Positions 57,814 to 64,000 of a stretch of 64,000 nt of DNA are shown piece after piece. Below the pieces are notes generated by a model, which worked only from the letters and a program-made list of their open reading frames with translations, made no database searches and had not been told where the DNA came from. The position numbers were made by a program, and so were the translations under genes. The first letter of the stretch is position 1. Each line of letters begins with the position of its first letter. Origin of the DNA: a virus (lineage: Duplodnaviria > Caudoviricetes); the IMG/VR virus record IMGVR_UViG_3300012018_000002, positions 48,766 to 112,765 of that record; one strand, written 5' to 3'.

Positions 57814-60800
57814 CACATTGTGTAAATATAAATCATAATTCAGTAAAGGAATTCTCTGAAGAGCTTAATCTTCCTAAAGCTGTAATAGCTGCAAAGATTG
57901 CTCTTTGGCAGGAGAGTAATACTATGGATAGATTTCCTAGTAAAGAAGAACTTTTAGGTAATGTAAACTTAGAAGGTAATGTAGAAGAAGAACTTAAAAA
58001 AACAGGTTTCTTTTCTAAACACAATGGATTATTATTTATTAAAAAACATTTTTATGTAGATGCTATTAAGGCTATTGCTAAGTTTAATAAAGAAACTCCT
58101 GGTCTTGTAAAGGTTAATAGAGCTAATAACTTTGGTAAAGATGGTAATGACATATTTTATGTTAAAATAAATGAAAATTTATTAACTTTAAAATCTCCTA
58201 GCCAAGGTTCATTGTTTAGTTCAAAAATAGATTATTCTTTAAAGAGTATTGAAATAATTAATAATAACTTACAAAAAATTATTTCTTGGTATAAACTTTT
58301 AAAAAATACAGATACTTTTTTTAGTAAACTTAATAAAGATTTACAAATACCAAAAGAACAAGTTGAATTAATAAAACAAGAATTAGAAAAAACAAATTCT
58401 ATAGAAAAAACTTTAGTTAACCTACAAGCTAATTATAGTTACACTGTTGAGATTAATACTACTAAAGGAGCTGCTTATAGAGTTGAAAATACATTAGAAG
58501 GTGGATATGATGATATTGAAATAAACTCAAAAGAAAAATTTTATAATCAAGTTTGGGAAGAAGGTATATTAGAACCTCATAGTAAAGAGTTTAATGATGA
58601 AGTTGAGAAAAGATATATTAATGCTAACAGTAAAGCACCAAATTCTTCTTATTACTCTAACTTAACAGTTCCAGGTGGAACTAACTATACAGAGAATGAA
58701 ATAGCTACACCAGCTATTACTCCTTCTATTAAAGGTCATGCTCAATTTTCTACAGATAAAGGTATTGGATGGTTTAGAAGTGATGATAAAGCGGAAGGGG
58801 GTAATTATGATAAACCACAATCAATGCCAGATTATTTAGATGACACTGATTTTATTGTCGAAGGTACACCAACTAGAACTCGTAGAATACTAGAAGTCCA
58901 ATCTGATTTATTTCAGAAAGGTAGAGATAAAGAAGATTTAATTAGTAGAACTTTAGCCGAAAAAATCGAAAGTTTGTCTAAAGAAGAGGTAACTAAGAAA
59001 ATTAAAGCTTTAGAAGATGTTGAACCTTTTGGATTAATTGGAAATCAGGAAGAAGAATTAAACTTATTAAAAAGAAAACAATCTGGAGAAATCCTTGTTA
59101 GTATAAGCAAAACTGAAAACCAATTCCTTCAACTTCTAAATAAAGATAACAATTGGGTAACATTCTTTGTTAAATCTATTATACAAGATAGTGCTAAAAA
59201 AGGATATGAAAAAATATTATTTCCTTTAGGAGAAACTATTGCTAAAATAGAACAATATGGAGAAGCTGCTAAAATATATGCTAAATTATTAGCTAAAAAA
59301 CAGAGGGGTGAAAAATTAACTGTACAAGAAGAAAATGCAGCAAAAGAATATGAAGAACTAAATCAAAAAGCTGTAATTGATTTCTATGAGAATACTGTAG
59401 CTAATATTCTTAAAAAACAAGGATATAATCCAGTAGAAATTACTGATGAATATGGTAATACTTGGAATGAAGTTAGTATAGATGATAAGTCTCTTAAAAA
59501 AATATTATTCTCTACTTCTCAAAATACAGAAAAAAGTGTAGATAAAGAACTTAATAAAATACTTATTGATTTCTTATCTCAGTTTGGTATTAAGGCAGAA
59601 GCTGTAGATAATGTAATGAGAGAAGGTAATTACAATGTATATGCTGTAGCTGACTTTGTTAGAAAAACTATATCATGGGCTAAGGGCTTTGAAAGTGAAA
59701 TACCAGAAGAAGCTGCTCACATGATATTTGAAATGATAGATACTAGTATTAAAGATACTATTATTAATCTTGTAATGAAAACTGAAAGGTTTAAAGAGTA
59801 TAGAGAATCTCACAAAGAACTTTATGCTACTGACAGAGAGTATGCAAGAGAAGTTGCTGGACAAATGTTAGCAGAGGAAATCAAACAACAGAATTCAGGT
59901 CTTATAAGAGAAGCTAATACTTTAACTAATTGGTTTACTAAACTAATTAATTACATTAAGAACTTATTTAAAAAAGGAGATGTATCTAGTCTTGATAATA
60001 TAATAAAAGAAAAACTAGGTGATGTAGCTAAAGATGTATTAGAAGGTAATACTAAAAACTTAAATATAGCTAATTTAGAAAATGAAACTAAATTATTTTC
60101 TGCTGAAACAGACTTAGTAGATAAGCAAATTAAATCTTTAACTCAAAGAAAAGAGATGCTTAATAGAACTAAGAATGCTTCTAACAGAAGACAAAATGCT
60201 TTACAGGCATCTAGGATTAGTGAGTCTATTAAAAAGCTAGAAGCTGAAAAGAATTATCTTACTGTGTTTAAAGTAGCTTACAAAGATTATAAAGAAGCTA
60301 TGTTATTAATCAAAAAAGAAGATATAAATGCAGCTCAGTTAATGAATATCAAAAGAACAATTGATAGGATTATTAACTTAGATAGTTATATAGAAATGGA
60401 TGATGTTAGTGATGACTTAGCTCGTAATTATAAAGAATTAAGAAATAGAGCTACAGAACTTAATAAACTTTGGAATAAAAAACAACTTGAACAAATAGTT
60501 TCATTAAGTGATGAAGAAGGATTTGATTATACAGAAAAACAAATTGTTGCTCCAATAAAAGATATATCAGCAGCTAAACAAGAATTTATATCATTAGATT
60601 CTTCTAATATTCCATTATTAAATATAGCAGCTAGTATTTTTGAAAGTATAAAAAGAGATACAAGAAATAAGTTTATTGAATATAAAAAACAATCTGATGA
60701 AATTAGAGCTAAATATACTGAAGAAGATTTTAAACAAATCTTAGATAAAGAAGGTAGATTGATTGTTCAAACTAAATCAGAATATTTTACTCTTGAGAGA

Positions 60801-63209
60801 AAGATGTTAGCTAGATTTAAAGCATTAATGAGTAGTGCTACTGATGATGCACAAAAAGCTAAACTGTTCTCACAAAGAGCCAAATGGTATATTGACAATA
60901 ACACTTATACACTTACAGAAGAAGGTAAAGAGTTATATGAAGAACATTTACAAAGCATTACTGAAGACTATACTGAAGAAGATGGTTCTATAAGTGCAGA
61001 GTCTAAAAAATTAATTGATGCTTGGGTTACACAAAACTCTCCTTATCTTGGTATTAAATATGCTAATGGTGGTGCTTATACTAGAGGTAATACAGGTTGG
61101 TTTAGATATTTAAGTTCTACACCTGCAGATAAATGGATTAACCCTGAATATAATACAGTTAAAGACAAAGAGGTTTATAAGTTTGTTATTAATACTTTAT
61201 ATGAAGGATTAAAGAAACTTCCACATGCTATGACAGTAGATGTTGGTAACTTTGATAAAGCTATTAATGAAATTATATTTGACTTTAATAGAAGTCCTAT
61301 TGGTTTTAAAAGTGCGTATGAAGGATTAGGTGATTTCTTATCTGATACTTTTCAAACAGTATTAACTGAAGATGATATTAAGGGTATGGAATATGGTATT
61401 ACTGATGAAGAAGGTAATTTAAAACCTATTATTAAACATAAATCAGTAGCTGATATTCAAAAAGAAAGTAAGTTTAAAAATCCTTTAGATTTATTAGATA
61501 AGTTTTATAGTCTAGCTTTAGCTTATGAACATAAGACACAAGCAGAAGATAAAATATGGTTAATAGAAGATGCTTTGAAAAAACAAAAAGCTATTAGACT
61601 TACCAAGGCTAATGTAGAAACTTCAAATACTATAGAAGGAGGATTAAGAAGAGCACAAGAACAATTATTATATAACATTCAAGCTAACTTATATAACAAG
61701 GTAAGAATAGATGAAGACAATGTTACACCTACAGAAAAGGAGAAAAAAGAGTTTGAAGAAGAGTTAGAAAAATGGAGAGAAGCAGTTAAAGAAGCTGTAA
61801 AAAATAATCAACCTATTCCTGAAAAACCTGTATTGAAAAAAACTACTGCAGTAAAATCAATAGATGCTTTAGTTGACTTTACTCGTCTTAACTTATTAGG
61901 TTTAAAACCTTTCTCTGCTATAACTAACTTACTTGTAGGTCTTGAAAGTAATTACTTATATGCTGCTAGAAACAAAGACTTTAGTAATGCTGACCTTAAC
62001 TGGGCATTTAGAATGTTAATGGGTAACGTAGTTAAGTATATGACCTGGGGTAAAGCAGAAATAAGTCCTACAGTTAATAAAATAGCTAATTTAGCTTATA
62101 AGTTTGGTATTACTTCTGAAACATTGGTAGAGGATGCTGATAAGTATTCTGGTAAGTTTACTGCTTTCTTATTAGGTTGGCAATCAGGAGGAGAGTTTAT
62201 TATTGCAAACCAAATCCTATTAGCTAAAATGAGAAGAACTAAAGTTAAAGACTTAACTGGTAAAGAGAGAAGTTTGTTTGATGCATATGATGAAAATGGA
62301 GATTGGAATACTAAAGAGTTTGGTGAACAAAACGAGTGGACTAATGAGAAGTTTATTGTAGATGGTAAAAACACAAGTAAAATTAAAAAGTTCAATGATG
62401 AATTAAAAAAAGCAAGAAAAAGAACTCAAGGTGACTATATAGATGCTATGAAGTTTAAGAGCAAAGTATATGGTAGAGTTCTTATGGTATTTAGAACTTG
62501 GTTGCCTAGAGCTATCAATGAAAGATTTGGTGAGCAAGTTGGAGATGACTTTAAAGGAAGATATAGAACTTATGGAACTTTGATTAATAATAATGCTGAA
62601 CAGATGGGTTATTTAAAAGGAACTTTTTCTTTACTTACTAAGTTCTTGTTAGTAGTTACTTCACAAGCAGCTAATATACCTGGTCTAGGTCACTTAGGTT
62701 TTAAATCCTTAGCTGAATTAACCAGCAAGAAATACGAAGCCCATTTAAAAGAATTAGGTTTATCTGATTTAGATATTGAGAATATGAGAGTAAACGTTAG
62801 AGAAGTTCAGTTTATTTTATACTTATTCTTATTAGGTCTTGCATTAAAAGGATTAGCAGGAGATGACGATGATGAACAACTAACTTATAGTGCTAATATT
62901 ATACAAAGACTATTCCAGGATACTACATTCTTTTATTCATTTAACTCAGCTTTCTCTATTGTAAAAGACCCTATACCTTTATATAAAACAATCCAAGATT
63001 CGTATGATGTGTTAGATAGAACAAAAGCTATCTTATATAATCCTACTCATATAAGAGAGGTAGATACTTATCAATCAGGATTTAGAAAAGGTAAGTCTAA
63101 ATTAGGAAAAGAAGTTCAAGACTTAATACCAATAGTATCTGCTTTCCAATCTACTTTATCTACTATGGAGCAAGTATATGGAGAACAGTCTTATAAATAC
63201 AGCAAATAA
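57810..63209 (+). CDS. Giant ejected cargo protein (polyvalent-type)
   Basis: 1799 aa; GWFR...RRILEVQSDLFQKGR motif, zincin-like PEEAAH, hydrophobic C-terminal helices. Confidence 0.75.
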   Translation: MTHCVNINHNSVKEFSEELNLPKAVIAAKIALWQESNTMDRFPSKEELLGNVNLEGNVEEELKKTGFFSKHNGLLFIKKHFYVDAIKAIAKFNKETPGLVKVNRANNFGKDGNDIFYVKINENLLTLKSPSQGSLFSSKIDYSLKSIEIINNNLQKIISWYKLLKNTDTFFSKLNKDLQIPKEQVELIKQELEKTNSIEKTLVNLQANYSYTVEINTTKGAAYRVENTLEGGYDDIEINSKEKFYNQVWEEGILEPHSKEFNDEVEKRYINANSKAPNSSYYSNLTVPGGTNYTENEIATPAITPSIKGHAQFSTDKGIGWFRSDDKAEGGNYDKPQSMPDYLDDTDFIVEGTPTRTRRILEVQSDLFQKGRDKEDLISRTLAEKIESLSKEEVTKKIKALEDVEPFGLIGNQEEELNLLKRKQSGEILVSISKTENQFLQLLNKDNNWVTFFVKSIIQDSAKKGYEKILFPLGETIAKIEQYGEAAKIYAKLLAKKQRGEKLTVQEENAAKEYEELNQKAVIDFYENTVANILKKQGYNPVEITDEYGNTWNEVSIDDKSLKKILFSTSQNTEKSVDKELNKILIDFLSQFGIKAEAVDNVMREGNYNVYAVADFVRKTISWAKGFESEIPEEAAHMIFEMIDTSIKDTIINLVMKTERFKEYRESHKELYATDREYAREVAGQMLAEEIKQQNSGLIREANTLTNWFTKLINYIKNLFKKGDVSSLDNIIKEKLGDVAKDVLEGNTKNLNIANLENETKLFSAETDLVDKQIKSLTQRKEMLNRTKNASNRRQNALQASRISESIKKLEAEKNYLTVFKVAYKDYKEAMLLIKKEDINAAQLMNIKRTIDRIINLDSYIEMDDVSDDLARNYKELRNRATELNKLWNKKQLEQIVSLSDEEGFDYTEKQIVAPIKDISAAKQEFISLDSSNIPLLNIAASIFESIKRDTRNKFIEYKKQSDEIRAKYTEEDFKQILDKEGRLIVQTKSEYFTLERKMLARFKALMSSATDDAQKAKLFSQRAKWYIDNNTYTLTEEGKELYEEHLQSITEDYTEEDGSISAESKKLIDAWVTQNSPYLGIKYANGGAYTRGNTGWFRYLSSTPADKWINPEYNTVKDKEVYKFVINTLYEGLKKLPHAMTVDVGNFDKAINEIIFDFNRSPIGFKSAYEGLGDFLSDTFQTVLTEDDIKGMEYGITDEEGNLKPIIKHKSVADIQKESKFKNPLDLLDKFYSLALAYEHKTQAEDKIWLIEDALKKQKAIRLTKANVETSNTIEGGLRRAQEQLLYNIQANLYNKVRIDEDNVTPTEKEKKEFEEELEKWREAVKEAVKNNQPIPEKPVLKKTTAVKSIDALVDFTRLNLLGLKPFSAITNLLVGLESNYLYAARNKDFSNADLNWAFRMLMGNVVKYMTWGKAEISPTVNKIANLAYKFGITSETLVEDADKYSGKFTAFLLGWQSGGEFIIANQILLAKMRRTKVKDLTGKERSLFDAYDENGDWNTKEFGEQNEWTNEKFIVDGKNTSKIKKFNDELKKARKRTQGDYIDAMKFKSKVYGRVLMVFRTWLPRAINERFGEQVGDDFKGRYRTYGTLINNNAEQMGYLKGTFSLLTKFLLVVTSQAANIPGLGHLGFKSLAELTSKKYEAHLKELGLSDLDIENMRVNVREVQFILYLFLLGLALKGLAGDDDDEQLTYSANIIQRLFQDTTFFYSFNSAFSIVKDPIPLYKTIQDSYDVLDRTKAILYNPTHIREVDTYQSGFRKGKSKLGKEVQDLIPIVSAFQSTLSTMEQVYGEQSYKYSK

Positions 63210-63249
63210 AATACAGCTAAAAAATTTTTTAAAACAGTGCAAAAAGGAA

Positions 63250-63275
63250 AGGGGAAAATTAATTCCCCTTTTTTT
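63250..63275 (+). terminator. Bidirectional terminator at the convergence of the + and - blocks
   Basis: AGGGGAA-AATTAA-TTCCCCT followed by a T-run; A-rich upstream. Confidence 0.8.
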
Positions 63276-63360
63276 ATTTACCTCTTATATGTTCTACAAT
63301 TGCAACTATATAATCTATGAAAAATAGTTGAACTATGAAATTAATAAAACTTGTTGGCAT
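63274..63360 (-). CDS. Tiny hydrophobic peptide (28 aa, MPTSFINFIVQLFFIDYIVAIVEHIRGK)
   Basis: Manual translation; AAAAAATTATG start context. Confidence 0.45.
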   Translation of the reverse strand: MPTSFINFIVQLFFIDYIVAIVEHIRGK

Positions 63361-63374
63361 AATTTTTTTAATTT

Positions 63375-63470
63375 TTATTGTGTTAATAATACATAAGAAA
63401 AAGCAAAAGCTGTTCCCATTGCAAATCCAACCATCCAAATCACCATTTTAATAAAAATTTGTTGTTTCAT
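63375..63470 (-). CDS. Tiny single-TM peptide (31 aa, MKQQIFIKMVIWMVGFAMGTAFAFSYVLLTQ)
   Basis: Manual translation; ATGA-coupled to the upstream ORF. Confidence 0.55.
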   Translation of the reverse strand: MKQQIFIKMVIWMVGFAMGTAFAFSYVLLTQ

Positions 63471-63625
63471 TTTCTAAATAATTCTATAACATTAAAAAAT
63501 ACAGGAAAAATTATACAAGAAAGTAAAATAGCAGCTAGTAAACAAGGAAATATTTTAGTATATTTTTCTTGTTTAAAAACCGCTAAAAAATTAATTATAA
63601 ATGAAATTATCAAAAATATAACCAT
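63467..63625 (-). CDS. Small two-TM protein (52 aa, MVIFLIISFIINFLAVFK...)
   Basis: Manual translation; A-rich leader; stop overlaps the next ATG. Confidence 0.55.
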   Translation of the reverse strand: MVIFLIISFIINFLAVFKQEKYTKIFPCLLAAILLSCIIFPVFFNVIELFRK

Positions 63626-63654
63626 TATTTTTTCTTTGTTTAAATCGTTTTTAA

Positions 63655-64000
63655 AAAATTACCTGTCACTCCAAGAGTGTGAATACTGTTGTACCTTCGG
63701 TCTTTTTCAAAGTATCTCTCTACAAACAACTCCTTCTTGGTAAGGATTCTAACTTCTCACATATCAAGGCTTAGTTTTAAATAGGCTGCCAATCGTGCTC
63801 CTATACTGATAGTTATTTGTTTGCTTCAAGCAGGTAATAAATAATTTAAAAATAACTACTGTCCTTCTAAGCGGATATTATCCTGTATGATTATTGCCCT
63901 ACGCTAGATAAACTTTCTAGGACTAGTTCATATAAGGAGCTACCTTATTAAGCTATTGTTTTTATTTTCTCCCAGACTCGACTGAGATTACAGGCTGCGC
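63655..64000 (-). ncRNA. Putative large structured non-coding RNA, truncated by the window end
   Basis: GC-elevated, no credible ORF, many hairpins (ATAAGG/CCTTAT, CTAGA/TCTAG, TAGTTATT/AATAACTA, TCCTT/AAGGA, CACT/AGTG); strand inferred from the downstream ORFs. Confidence 0.4.

Noticed and set aside
8942-62395. Numerous short minus-strand and off-frame ORFs inside large genes
   Set aside because: Antisense or frame shadows expected from the codon bias of the real genes
3448-63209. Stop-codon reassignment (TAG to Gln or TGA to Trp), known in some crAss-like phages
   Set aside because: All long genes are intact under code 11, TGA is used as a stop many times and TAG once (31948), and no suppressor tRNA is present; the Leu tRNA has anticodon TAG, not CTA
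63459-63743. 94-aa plus-strand ORF
   Set aside because: Lies past the terminator, antisense to coupled minus-strand micro-ORFs, and has a TTG start

Overview
64 kb of an AT-rich crAss-like phage (Crassvirales) genome, read with the standard code; the host is probably a Bacteroidota (TAnnTTTG-type promoters, A-rich leaders without Shine-Dalgarno sequences). 1-2.8 kb is the start of a minus-strand (probably early) block: three ORFs separated by dense inverted-repeat structure, including a type I hammerhead ribozyme. From about 3.4 kb to 63.2 kb all genes are on the + strand. In order: small regulatory and chaperone genes (wHTH, HU/IHF-like, GroES-like plus GroEL); a cluster of 9 tRNAs with an HNH gene and a Flavo-1-like RNA; TerL, portal, scaffold, MCP and conserved head genes; a variable fibre/host-interaction block (GH-A glycosidase-PKD, SGNH lipoprotein, GIY-YIG); spanin and GH108 endolysin; ring and muzzle tail genes; and the ejected cargo proteins, including a 4637-aa virion RNA polymerase polyprotein. 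The window ends with three tiny minus-strand membrane ORFs and a truncated, highly structured non-coding element. Most striking: (i) an in-frame array of effector cassettes (DUF4326-like, NADAR, macro-like) at the vRNAP C-terminus, all joined at a shared (G)TATCTT core and flanked by exact direct repeats; (ii) a small stand-alone gene resembling the Walker B to motif III part of the phage's own terminase ATPase, a possible decoy. All family calls come from motif recognition and synteny by eye; no database searches were run.
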